Shown here one piece after another: positions 28,336 to 36,907 of a stretch of 64,000 nt of DNA (positions are counted from its first letter, which is position 1; each line of letters begins with the position of its first letter). The notes under the pieces are model-generated. The model did not search any database. It saw only the letters and a program-made list of their open reading frames with translations, and was not told the DNA's origin. The stretch is from a virus. Taxonomy: Duplodnaviria; Caudoviricetes. Location: IMG/VR virus record IMGVR_UViG_3300048502_000133, positions 21,431 through 85,430 of that record. One strand, given 5' to 3'. A program made the position numbers and the translations under genes.

Positions 28336-29395
28336 TACGGTCAAGGCACTGGCGGCGGGTCTGTCCGTTCTGCCGGATCCAGATGAGGAGGACGTGGTTT
28401 CTCCCGTTGCGGTGCCGGTCACTCCAGGCCCGGTCACCATGGCGACACTGGCCCACGCGACGGACGGGATTCCGCTCCTGGGGTACACCGTCTGGTGGTA
28501 TGTGCCCAGCAACGCCTGTGTCAAGCAGGACGCCTGGAACCAGGCGTGGAACGGGCGCGGGCTCCCCAAGATTCCGGCGAATCCCTGCACACCGCGCGCG
28601 GCGCTGCGGGCCGGTATCGAAGACTGGCTGGAAGATCGGGCGAAGGCGATGGGCTCTATCTACGGGCGGTACTCCACGAGTACCGAAGCCAGCCAGGTAA
28701 GCCTGATCCGGGTGATCAACTCCGCTGCCAGTCCGGAGACCGTCTTCGTCATCGTGATCGAACAGCGCGATCTGGCGAAGTACGGCCTGCAGCACGCGAC
28801 CGGGCTGCGGGTCTTCCTGAACAAGGAAGCAGGGACGATGTGGTGTACGGTCCAGGGGTCCGGCGGTGTTGAAGACGTGGTGCCGGAGCCCGCGATCGCG
28901 GCGGAGATTGCCCAGTATTGGGGTAAATACACGAACGCCCTGGTAGCGCGGGACGTGACCAACGCGCTGAATGAGGCACTGTCGCGCGTCGGCATGGTAC
29001 GCGTCAAGCGCGAAGGTGGGGTCTATTTTCTTCCCGCCAACTCCCGCCCGATAGCCGATGAACTCAACGAGTTTCTGGCTGCGGCGGTGCCTGGGGCGTA
29101 CATCTCGCTGCTGGGTGTCCCGGATGCAGGCGCGTCGAAAGTGGCTCTGATGCGCGGTGCTACAGACGGGCTTCTGGCAGAGATAAACGAAGAGGCGCGC
29201 GTGGTGGCCCGCTACGAGAGCGAGAAGGAGACGGTGCGCGTCAAGACCCTGGCGGGCGCGATGGGCCGGATCACGCAGCTGCGGGCGAAGGTCTCCGCTA
29301 CAGCGTCTCTCCTGGAAATGTCGAAAGACTCCCTGGAAGAGTCGCTAGGGACGCTGACGCGGCGCGTAGAAGACCTGATGCTGGATGAAGATTAA
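28307..29395 (+). CDS. DUF6744/DUF3150-like phage protein
   Basis: LGYTVWW..P..A...A..; GGVYFLPA; typical partner of phage AAA-VWA pairs. Family assignment from memory. Confidence 0.6.
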   Translation: MFKPTITPISTVKALAAGLSVLPDPDEEDVVSPVAVPVTPGPVTMATLAHATDGIPLLGYTVWWYVPSNACVKQDAWNQAWNGRGLPKIPANPCTPRAALRAGIEDWLEDRAKAMGSIYGRYSTSTEASQVSLIRVINSAASPETVFVIVIEQRDLAKYGLQHATGLRVFLNKEAGTMWCTVQGSGGVEDVVPEPAIAAEIAQYWGKYTNALVARDVTNALNEALSRVGMVRVKREGGVYFLPANSRPIADELNEFLAAAVPGAYISLLGVPDAGASKVALMRGATDGLLAEINEEARVVARYESEKETVRVKTLAGAMGRITQLRAKVSATASLLEMSKDSLEESLGTLTRRVEDLMLDED

Positions 29396-29415
29396 CCCCC
29401 ATGCGGCAACGCCAG

Positions 29416-29446
29416 AGACCCGGCCAGTACTTCTGGCCGGGTCTTT
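29416..29446 (+). terminator. Hairpin/terminator abutting next promoter
   Basis: AGACCCGGCCAG-TACTT-CTGGCCGGGTCT then TT. Confidence 0.65.
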
Positions 29447-29472
29447 CGCTATGCGTTGCAACGGAGTATGCT
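29444..29472 (+). promoter_or_regulatory. Weak -35 promoter with perfect CGTTGCAACG operator
   Basis: TTTCGC-N17-TATGCT; operator at 29454-29463. Confidence 0.7.
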
Positions 29473-29506
29473 AGAGGGAAGACACACACAGAGAGAGGGA
29501 AGGACC

Positions 29507-29818
29507 ATGATAGACACACCCGCACCACCGGCGAATGAATTACTGACCCTGGCACAGGTAGAAGAGCTGACCGGCATTTTGCCTGCAAGTCTGCGCGGGC
29601 TGATTCTGCGCGGGCGGCTCAAGGCTACCCGGCAAGTCGAATTAGGGCACGATCTCCAGGATCGGCGGCGCCAGTCCGGCGGCGGCGGCGTCTGGTTAGT
29701 CAGTCGCGGCGATCTGCATAGCTACCTCCAGTCTCGTACCCCGACCGGACGGTACCGGGCAGTAAGCCCGCAGTACGAAAACCCAGAAGGAATGGATCCA
29801 CTGGCGCGAACCAGTTAA
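29507..29818 (+). CDS. HTH DNA-binding protein (HTH_17/excisionase-like); candidate operator-binding regulator
   Basis: LLTLAQVEELTGILPASLRGLILRGRLKA..WLVSRGDLHSYL. Confidence 0.75.
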   Translation: MIDTPAPPANELLTLAQVEELTGILPASLRGLILRGRLKATRQVELGHDLQDRRRQSGGGGVWLVSRGDLHSYLQSRTPTGRYRAVSPQYENPEGMDPLARTS

Positions 29819-29877
29819 TATCCCCCTTATCGGCGCGTGTGGGCATGGTATTCTTTCCCGCGAGGAGGAGAGTTACC

Positions 29878-30375
29878 ATGCCTACACGTCACACCAGAAG
29901 GGCAGCCGTCGCCGCGTCTACGCCGCGATCTAGCCGCTGGGCGCTCCATGAAACATCCGTCGCTATCGAACGTCCGGACGGCTCCCAGAGCAAGGTTGCC
30001 GCCAGCAGGGACGGCGCGGGCACCTACCACCTGCACCCTAGTTTTGTCACCACCCTTGACCGAAAGCAGTACCGCCCGCGCTTTGCCGCCTACCTGGACG
30101 GGGACGTGCGCGACGATCGCGCCCTGGCGCCGCTCCTCCCTCTCTCGATTGAAGAGGCGCGTACCCTCCTCCATCGGCGCCATCCACCCCTTGCCGCAGT
30201 GCTGGAGCATTGCGTGTTTGGCGAAGAAAAGACCCAGGAGCACGCGGAAAAGTGCTGCAAGCCTCCGGTGGCCCGCCAAACCATCAATGAGCGCCGCGAT
30301 CGGGCCGTTCGCCTCCTTGCAGGCTGGACAGATAACGCGCGAGAGCTGCGAACTTGCGAACTTGCTCCACATTAA
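29878..30375 (+). CDS. Sigma70 region-4-like HTH protein, probable late-transcription regulator
   Basis: C-term LAAVLEHCVFGEEKTQEHAE..RQTINERRDRAVRLL; position directly before packaging genes. Confidence 0.55.
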   Translation: MPTRHTRRAAVAASTPRSSRWALHETSVAIERPDGSQSKVAASRDGAGTYHLHPSFVTTLDRKQYRPRFAAYLDGDVRDDRALAPLLPLSIEEARTLLHRRHPPLAAVLEHCVFGEEKTQEHAEKCCKPPVARQTINERRDRAVRLLAGWTDNARELRTCELAPH

Positions 30376-30379
30376 GTGA

Positions 30380-30408
30380 TTTACGTGCCTGCGAAAATGC
30401 GCTATGGT
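30380..30408 (+). promoter_or_regulatory. Candidate late promoter (no operator)
   Basis: TTTACG-N17-TATGGT immediately after the putative late regulator. Confidence 0.45.
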
Positions 30409-30547
30409 GTCCATGACTCGTGGTGTTTCTACTCTGCAACCGGGCGTCTCACCTGCTTTCAGGGCCTCAACAACGGACGTGCTCCAACAACCGATGTGCT
30501 TCACTGCTGGACAGCCCACCACGAGTCTTTTTCTGCAAGGAGGCGCT

Positions 30548-30772
30548 GTGCCAAAGTACAGCTGGCCAGCGGATGAACCGCTGGCTAAAACACTCGCATC
30601 CCTCAACGTGCTTCCGGCGATCAAGAGCGATCCCAAAGTGCTCCCGCACAACGGGCACAACTGGCGGCGTACGGCGTTCGGTACCTATCGCTGCAGCAGG
30701 TGCGCACTGCAGTCCCGCACCCCAACAGACGTAGAACTGCGCTGCACGCGCATCCTGCGTGAGGAAGACTAA
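30548..30772 (+). CDS. Small Cys/His protein
   Basis: GTG after AAGGAGG; HNW..CSRC. Confidence 0.55.
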   Translation: MPKYSWPADEPLAKTLASLNVLPAIKSDPKVLPHNGHNWRRTAFGTYRCSRCALQSRTPTDVELRCTRILREED

Positions 30773-30775
30773 CTA

Positions 30776-31294
30776 ATGGCGCTGCAGTACACCGATGAAG
30801 ACCCCGACCAGCTTCTCGCAAACCCCAGTAATTTTCGGGTACACCCTACCCGTCAGCAGCGGGCTGTTGAGGCGATCCTGCACGAGATAGGCTACGTTGC
30901 GCATGTCCTGGTCAACCAGCGCACCGGGCATATCATCGACGGGCACCTGCGTACGACATTGGCGCTGCGGGCCGAAGAGATCAGCATCCCGGTCGCGGTC
31001 GTGGATCTCTCGCTTGAAGATGAACAGCTGCTCCTGGCGACATTCGACAGCTACGGGCTCTCTACCGTCTTCGATCAGGAAGTCCTGAAGGAACTCCTGC
31101 GGCAGGTACAGACCGAAGACGCGACGATCACCGGGCTCCTTGCCCAGCTGGCGGAGCGGGCCGACCTGTACCCCCAGGAGGAGGTCTCCAAACGTGGCGG
31201 GAAAACAGACCCCACGAGTGGCGAGGAGAAGGCGCCGCCGGAGCCCGTCTCCTGCACCTGCCCTAACTGCGGGCACACGTACATGGAGTTATAA
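30776..31294 (+). CDS. ParB/Srx-like protein with C-terminal CPNCGH
   Basis: LLANPSNFRVH..IGY..VLVNQRTGHIIDGHLR. Confidence 0.8.
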   Translation: MALQYTDEDPDQLLANPSNFRVHPTRQQRAVEAILHEIGYVAHVLVNQRTGHIIDGHLRTTLALRAEEISIPVAVVDLSLEDEQLLLATFDSYGLSTVFDQEVLKELLRQVQTEDATITGLLAQLAERADLYPQEEVSKRGGKTDPTSGEEKAPPEPVSCTCPNCGHTYMEL

Positions 31295-31299
31295 ATCCC

Positions 31300-31806
31300 A
31301 TGAGTGATCTCCACTACACCTATCAACCCCCCATGCGTCTCGTGCGCCCGGTATCTAGCAGCCCGTATTCCGCGTCAGTGGTACCGGAGCGCGTCGTCCC
31401 CTGGGAGCATGGGCCGCTGCAAGAAGAAATGGACCGGATTCTGACCAGAGAAGCGATCGCCGCGCACCTGGAGGCTGACGCGCCGGTCCTTACGTGGGCA
31501 ATGCCGCTGTGGCGCTGGATCCGGCTCTACGTGTTCGCGTGCCATCCCCGCTGGGGCTTCAGCCTGGGAGCAATGGGCAGCGGCGCTACGTCCCCGTACG
31601 TGGAAGGGCCGCTCCCGGAGACGCTGGGCCTGCTGATCCAGCAAGATCCGCTGGCCTTCATGGGTCTCGCGCCCGATCCCGACGCGCCGCCGCTCTCGAC
31701 CATCGCGCACTTCTGTCTTGTTCCGCAGTGGCTGATCACGCTCTGGGAAGACCTGGACAACTACAGCGCGGCTGATGCTGCCGCCCGTATCCGGGATGCG
31801 GCATGA
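31300..31806 (+). CDS. Hypothetical protein
   Basis: ATGA-coupled to terminase small subunit. Confidence 0.55.
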   Translation: MSDLHYTYQPPMRLVRPVSSSPYSASVVPERVVPWEHGPLQEEMDRILTREAIAAHLEADAPVLTWAMPLWRWIRLYVFACHPRWGFSLGAMGSGATSPYVEGPLPETLGLLIQQDPLAFMGLAPDPDAPPLSTIAHFCLVPQWLITLWEDLDNYSAADAAARIRDAA

Positions 31807-32519
31807 CGCGATCGATCTCCATTCCGCCGCCGCCGGACACGTCCCGGCTCCATGGAAAGGCGCTGGCAGCCTGGGTATGCTACCGCGACCTGGGCGCGTC
31901 GCGTACCCTGGAGGAGACCGCGACCACGCTGGGCTACGCCAGCCGCGACTCCATCAAGCGCTGGTACCGGGAATATAATTTTCCGGCAATGGCCCGCCAG
32001 TGGGACGCGCACCGGCAAGCGACACTGGACGCCGACGCGCTCAAGCACCAGCAGGAGCTTATCCGGGCACGCCGCGAAGAACGCCTCCAGATAGCGACCA
32101 GTTACCGGATGATGAGCCTGGCAACGCTCAAGCAGCACTACAGTGACGGTACACTGCCGCCCAATGTGGCCCTGGCAATGGCCCAGTTTGCCTCAAAAGA
32201 AGAACGGGCAGATCTGGGCGAACTGGAGACGCGCATCGGTCTGCAGGTGGAGGAGGAAACCGAAGTCCTGCACCAGCCCGCCGGTTCGCCTCTCGCGGCG
32301 CTGCGATCCCTGAGCCCGGAGAAGCGCCAGCTGCTCCTGGAACTCTTGCAGGAAGCCACCGGGTACCGTATGGATGAGGAGGAGGATCTGTTCGATGCAG
32401 CGTACCTAGAGGATGAAAGCGAACATGGAGACGAGCGTAGCGCCGTTCCTGGGCTGGGCCACTCCGGAGCTGCAAGCCGCATATCGGGCGGAACAGAGCC
32501 TCTATCGCTTCGTGCGTGA
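31803..32519 (+). CDS. terS: Terminase small subunit (probable)
   Basis: N-terminal HTH (YRDLGASRTLEETA..IKRW..W..RA..WD); lies immediately before terL. Confidence 0.7.
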   Translation: MTRSISIPPPPDTSRLHGKALAAWVCYRDLGASRTLEETATTLGYASRDSIKRWYREYNFPAMARQWDAHRQATLDADALKHQQELIRARREERLQIATSYRMMSLATLKQHYSDGTLPPNVALAMAQFASKEERADLGELETRIGLQVEEETEVLHQPAGSPLAALRSLSPEKRQLLLELLQEATGYRMDEEEDLFDAAYLEDESEHGDERSAVPGLGHSGAASRISGGTEPLSLRA

Positions 32520-34098
32520 AGCCTGGCATGTGCTGGAGCCCTCCACCCCCTTCGTGGACGGCTGGCATATCAAAGTCATCTGTGAGCACCTGGAAGCCGT
32601 TACGCATGGGAAGATCCACCGGCTGGTGATCAACATCCCGCCCCGGCACGCCAAGTCTCTGATCGTCGCGGTATTCTGGCCCTGCTGGGTGTGGACCCAG
32701 CAGCCCGGCACCCGCTGGTTGTTTGCCAGCTACGCGCAGACGCTCTCCATCCGCGACTCCCTCAAGTGCCGGAGACTGGTGCTCTCTCCCTGGTACCAGC
32801 GCTACTGGGGCGATCGGGTGAAACTCAGTAGCGACCAGAACGCAAAAGGGCGCTTTGAGAACACCGCGACCGGGTATAGACTCGCTACCAGCGTGGACGG
32901 CGTAGGGACGGGCGAAGGCGCGGATATTGTGGTCGCGGATGACCCGAACAACGCGACCGAAGCCGAATCCGACCTGATCCGATCGACGGTGAACCGCTGG
33001 TGGGATGAGGCTATGTCCTCCCGCCTGAATGACCCGGAGACCGGCTCCTTCGTGATCATCCAGCAGCGGGTACACCAGGAGGATTTATCCGGCCATGTGC
33101 TGGCAAAAGGCGACTATGAGCACCTGTGCCTGCCCGCAAGTTACGAGCCCGATCGGCCTGCAAAGACCATTCTAGGTGCCTACGATCGACGCACCGTTGC
33201 GGATCAGCCTCTCTGGCCGCAGCGTTTCACCCGCCGGTCTATCAACCGGCTGGCGCGCGCCATGGGACCGTACGCCGCCGCAGGGCAGCTCCAGCAGCGC
33301 CCGGCCCCGCGCGAAGGCGGTATTTTCCAGTACGACTGGTGGGGCACGTACACCCCCGCCAATCTCCAGATGGGGCGCTGCTCCCTGGTGCTGCAGGCGT
33401 GGGACACCGCCTTCAAAGAGGGCGCGGAGAATGATTATTCCGTCTGTGCGACCTGGGGCGTATTCCCGAACGGGTACTACCTCCTGGACCTGTTCCGGGA
33501 GAAAGTCAGTTTCCCGAAGTTAAAACGAGAGGCGATCGCCCAGCACGCCCGGTGGCGCCCGTCAGTGGTGCTGATCGAAGACAAAGCCTCCGGGCAGAGT
33601 TTACTCCAGGAACTCCGGGCCGATACGGTTATCCCGATTATTCCGGTCAAAGTAGGGCCGCACGAAGACAAGATCTCCCGCGCTACCAGCGTGTCCCCCA
33701 TTGTCGAATCCGGGAAATGCTACCTCCCCGAAGGAGCGCCATTTCTGGAGGCTTTCTTGAGCGAACATGGGAACTTCCCCAACGGCGCCCATAAAGACAT
33801 TGTGGACACCACCGTCATGGCCCTTCGCCGCCTGTCCTCCGGCGAAGTCGGCGTGGCGCTGGAAGAAGACGATGCCCTGCCTATGGAGGACGTGGCTGTG
33901 GACCCCTGGGGCAACCCGATAGAGGTGGATTCCGGAGTCCGGCGCCCCCTGATCAAGATGAGCCAGGAAGACCTGGAGGATCACGATCTTGGAAAGCTAC
34001 TCACCAGAGACCCGCACACCCACCGCACCGCGCCCACGCCCGTCAGTGTTCCTCCCTTTGGTCTTGACCTGTCTGGGGCGTTTTTTGATGACCTGTAA
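32413..34098 (+). CDS. terL: Terminase large subunit
   Basis: INIPPRHAKS Walker A, IVVADDP Walker B, IQQRVHQEDL, YAAAGQLQQRP, QAWDTAFK..DYS, IEDKASG, FPNGAHKDIVD. Confidence 0.97.
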   Translation: MKANMETSVAPFLGWATPELQAAYRAEQSLYRFVREAWHVLEPSTPFVDGWHIKVICEHLEAVTHGKIHRLVINIPPRHAKSLIVAVFWPCWVWTQQPGTRWLFASYAQTLSIRDSLKCRRLVLSPWYQRYWGDRVKLSSDQNAKGRFENTATGYRLATSVDGVGTGEGADIVVADDPNNATEAESDLIRSTVNRWWDEAMSSRLNDPETGSFVIIQQRVHQEDLSGHVLAKGDYEHLCLPASYEPDRPAKTILGAYDRRTVADQPLWPQRFTRRSINRLARAMGPYAAAGQLQQRPAPREGGIFQYDWWGTYTPANLQMGRCSLVLQAWDTAFKEGAENDYSVCATWGVFPNGYYLLDLFREKVSFPKLKREAIAQHARWRPSVVLIEDKASGQSLLQELRADTVIPIIPVKVGPHEDKISRATSVSPIVESGKCYLPEGAPFLEAFLSEHGNFPNGAHKDIVDTTVMALRRLSSGEVGVALEEDDALPMEDVAVDPWGNPIEVDSGVRRPLIKMSQEDLEDHDLGKLLTRDPHTHRTAPTPVSVPPFGLDLSGAFFDDL

Positions 34099-34109
34099 CT
34101 GGAGGCGGT

Positions 34110-35708
34110 ATGCCCAACAACCATCCGCGCGAAACGGCCCCGCGCCAGGAATCGCTGGCAGAGTTCGCGCATACCGTCTCTGACAGCTCCGATCGCCTGG
34201 CGGTTCTGCTCAACGAAGCGCGTGCCCGCGTCTCCCAACGCCCCGATCCCGGTGACCCGCCCGACCGGCCCACTTCCCCGGATCGCGCCTCTGCGGTCAC
34301 CCGCACCACGTACCCGACCGGCGATCAGGGCGGCGATCCCCTGATGAAGTCCAGCTACCTCACGACTGACGTAAGCAACCGCGCCCGGAAGATCTCCCTG
34401 TATCAGGCGTTCCTGGGCGAATCCCCGGTGTCAGGGGCAATTGAAGCTATTGCCGCCCGGCTGGTCTCCGGCGGCTGGGTGCTAAAGCCCGTCGATGCGA
34501 AGCACCCCAACGAAGAGACCAGAGAACCCCTACAAGAACTCCTTGACTGGTGCAACCCGGACGAAGAGTTCGGGCAGATGCTCCACGACACCGCGACCGA
34601 TCTCCTGTGGGCAGGCGAAGCCTACTGGGAAATCACCAGCAAGTCCAGCGTCTACTGGGGGCGGAAAGTCCCGTACGAGCTATTTACGGTAGACCCGATC
34701 TCCATGGATTACGTGCTGGCCCCCAACCGCAAGCAAATAGCGGGCTACGTCCAGCAGGGCGAAGACGGGAAGCCCATCCCGCTCAAGCCCTCGCAGATCA
34801 TCCGCTGGTGGTTTCCGGACCCGCGCAACCGCTTCAAGGCGCTGTCTCCGCTGGAAAAGCTGCTCAACCCCGTGGTCACTGACACGTATTTACAGTTATC
34901 TGATCAGAAATACTTTCAGCAGGGGAACCGCTCCGGTACGGCAATTTTGTTGAAAAACGGCAATCAAGCCCTGGCGTCCCGCCTGCTGCGCTGGATCACT
35001 GAGCAATACCTGGGCGTCAAGAACGCGCACAAGCCGCTGATCCTGTTTGGTGAGCAATCGGACATGGACATACGCGACGTGCCCGACCACAGCTCCATAG
35101 ACGTGGTGGAGCGCCGCAAGTACTCCCGCGATGAAATCCTCTCCGGCTACAAAGTCCCGCCGCACCTGATGAGCGCCCTCGAAGGTACCGGGCAGGGTGG
35201 GCAGGCAGTGGGCGACACCATGGAGAAGCAGTTCGTGCATACGGCTGTGGACCCCATCCGCCAGCGCATCATGAGCAAGGCGACGTTCCGTATCTGTGTG
35301 CAGGGCTTTGGTATTGACGACTGGGTGATCGACACCACGTACGCCGATCTCCGCGACTCCGATAGAGTTCTGGAGAACATGAAGACCCGCATCTTTACCG
35401 GGCTCTCCACCATCAACCGGGAACTCGCGGAGCAAAAGCAGCCGTCCATCGAAGGCGGCGATATTCCCATTCTGGTGCTGGGCTCTACGATTGTCCGGGT
35501 AGATTCACTGCCCAACCTGCCCATGACGCCACCGGCGCCCGGCGGTGCCGCAGGGGCAGGTGGCGACGAAGACCCGACCGGCAGTGGGTTTACGGGAGAC
35601 CCGAAAGACGATCCCAGGGACAAGCAGGCCGCCGCCCAGAAGCCGAAAACGCCCGCAGACGCCAAGGGAACAACGGGTCACCCAACCGGCCCGGACCTCT
35701 CCGATTGA
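34110..35708 (+). CDS. Portal protein
   Basis: PN..EEFGQML..DLLWAGEAYWEI; LSPLE; RDEILSGYKVPP; TINRELAE..P.IEGGD. Confidence 0.92.
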   Translation: MPNNHPRETAPRQESLAEFAHTVSDSSDRLAVLLNEARARVSQRPDPGDPPDRPTSPDRASAVTRTTYPTGDQGGDPLMKSSYLTTDVSNRARKISLYQAFLGESPVSGAIEAIAARLVSGGWVLKPVDAKHPNEETREPLQELLDWCNPDEEFGQMLHDTATDLLWAGEAYWEITSKSSVYWGRKVPYELFTVDPISMDYVLAPNRKQIAGYVQQGEDGKPIPLKPSQIIRWWFPDPRNRFKALSPLEKLLNPVVTDTYLQLSDQKYFQQGNRSGTAILLKNGNQALASRLLRWITEQYLGVKNAHKPLILFGEQSDMDIRDVPDHSSIDVVERRKYSRDEILSGYKVPPHLMSALEGTGQGGQAVGDTMEKQFVHTAVDPIRQRIMSKATFRICVQGFGIDDWVIDTTYADLRDSDRVLENMKTRIFTGLSTINRELAEQKQPSIEGGDIPILVLGSTIVRVDSLPNLPMTPPAPGGAAGAGGDEDPTGSGFTGDPKDDPRDKQAAAQKPKTPADAKGTTGHPTGPDLSD

Positions 35709-35774
35709 CCCCGTTTTGACCCCGTTTTGACCCACCTGTGACCCGGCTCTATACGCATATCTGGAGGGCACGCC

Positions 35775-35981
35775 ATGGAAGAGATTCCCGAAACACCCGA
35801 AGAGACCTCCGCAGACCCCGCAGCTGGAAAACTTCTAGAGCTGGTATCCGGCGCGGTCTACGTCCCCGTACCGGAGCCCGTCTCCCGCCGCGATCGCCGG
35901 GCACATGCCGCGCGCTGGAAACGGTCTATCCGGCCTAACGGGCGTGCCCGCAAGCTGTCGAACTACGGTGCCCGCGTATGA
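35775..35981 (+). CDS. Small hypothetical protein
   Basis: GGAGG RBS; coupled to next gene. Confidence 0.55.
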   Translation: MEEIPETPEETSADPAAGKLLELVSGAVYVPVPEPVSRRDRRAHAARWKRSIRPNGRARKLSNYGARV

Positions 35982-36472
35982 TCCGGTCGCGCATCGTCCG
36001 GCACGAGCTGCAGAACCCGCTGCAGCTGATCCCGCACCCCTTGCACTTCACGCCCAGGCTCCCCGGTGACCCGGCCCGCGTGGCGCTTACTGAAGTCATC
36101 AAGCGCATCGGGTTTCAATCGCCGGTGATCGTCAACAGCGATACCGGCTACCTGCTGGACGGGCACACGCGCCGCCTGATTGCCCTGGAGCTGGGTATTG
36201 TCCAGATCCCGGTCTGCGTGGTGACGGTCACCCCTGAAGAGGAAAAGATCCTGCTGGCAGTCTTCGATCACACCCGCGACATGGCGATAACCGACAAGGA
36301 CATGCTGCACGATCTCTGTACCAGCCTGATTCCGCTCAACCTGGATCAGGCGATCATGAACCTGCTGGACGATCTTCTCGCGCGGGCAAGGAAGCTCCCG
36401 TTCCTCCCTACGGCACTCCCGGAAGAGCCCCGGACAACGCACGCCTGCCCCAATTGCGGGCACAAGTGGTAA
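35978..36472 (+). CDS. ParB/Srx-like protein, paralog of 30776..31294
   Basis: IGFQSPVIVNSDTGYLLDGHTR; ends CPNCGHKW. Confidence 0.8.
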   Translation: MIRSRIVRHELQNPLQLIPHPLHFTPRLPGDPARVALTEVIKRIGFQSPVIVNSDTGYLLDGHTRRLIALELGIVQIPVCVVTVTPEEEKILLAVFDHTRDMAITDKDMLHDLCTSLIPLNLDQAIMNLLDDLLARARKLPFLPTALPEEPRTTHACPNCGHKW

Positions 36473-36692
36473 GGAGCCCGCAATTGGACCCAGAGAACGA
36501 CGCGCTGGAGACTCCGGCCCCACCGTCCTGGTTTCCATTGGTACGCGTGGTTCTGGATGCCAGTTCCGAAATGCACGATCTGCGGGCACCTGAAACGGTA
36601 CCGCCGCTCTCGATGAGCCCGCTGGAGACTCCGGCCCTACTCACCGAAAAGAAGCTGAACGCGTTCCTTGACGCGCTCTGGAGGAACGGCTA

Positions 36693-36851
36693 ATGCCTAC
36701 CCCGATCCCGCCCAACCAGGCAGGCCAGCCCCAACCGGGCGGCAACCCCAGCAATCCGGTCACCCCGACCTACCCACTGCCGCCCCCTCCCGCTCCGCAG
36801 ACCCTTACGCTGGCTCAGGTGGCGTGCCTGACCCCGAAACAGGTTGGCTGA
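36693..36851 (+). CDS. 52-aa Pro/Gln-rich protein (below ORF-track cut-off)
   Basis: GGAGGA RBS; ATG overlaps TAA of upstream ORF; MPTPIPPNQAGQPQPGG..KQVG. Confidence 0.45.
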   Translation: MPTPIPPNQAGQPQPGGNPSNPVTPTYPLPPPPAPQTLTLAQVACLTPKQVG

Positions 36852-36907
36852 TCTCCTGACGCGATCCCACCCCTCGCTCCCTGGACAGTCCAAAGGACGT
36901 GCCCTGC

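Noticed and set aside
32413-32519. terS/terL overlap as a recoding signal
   Set aside because: Short out-of-frame overlaps are common in phage packaging genes, and terL may start at the second ATG (32426).
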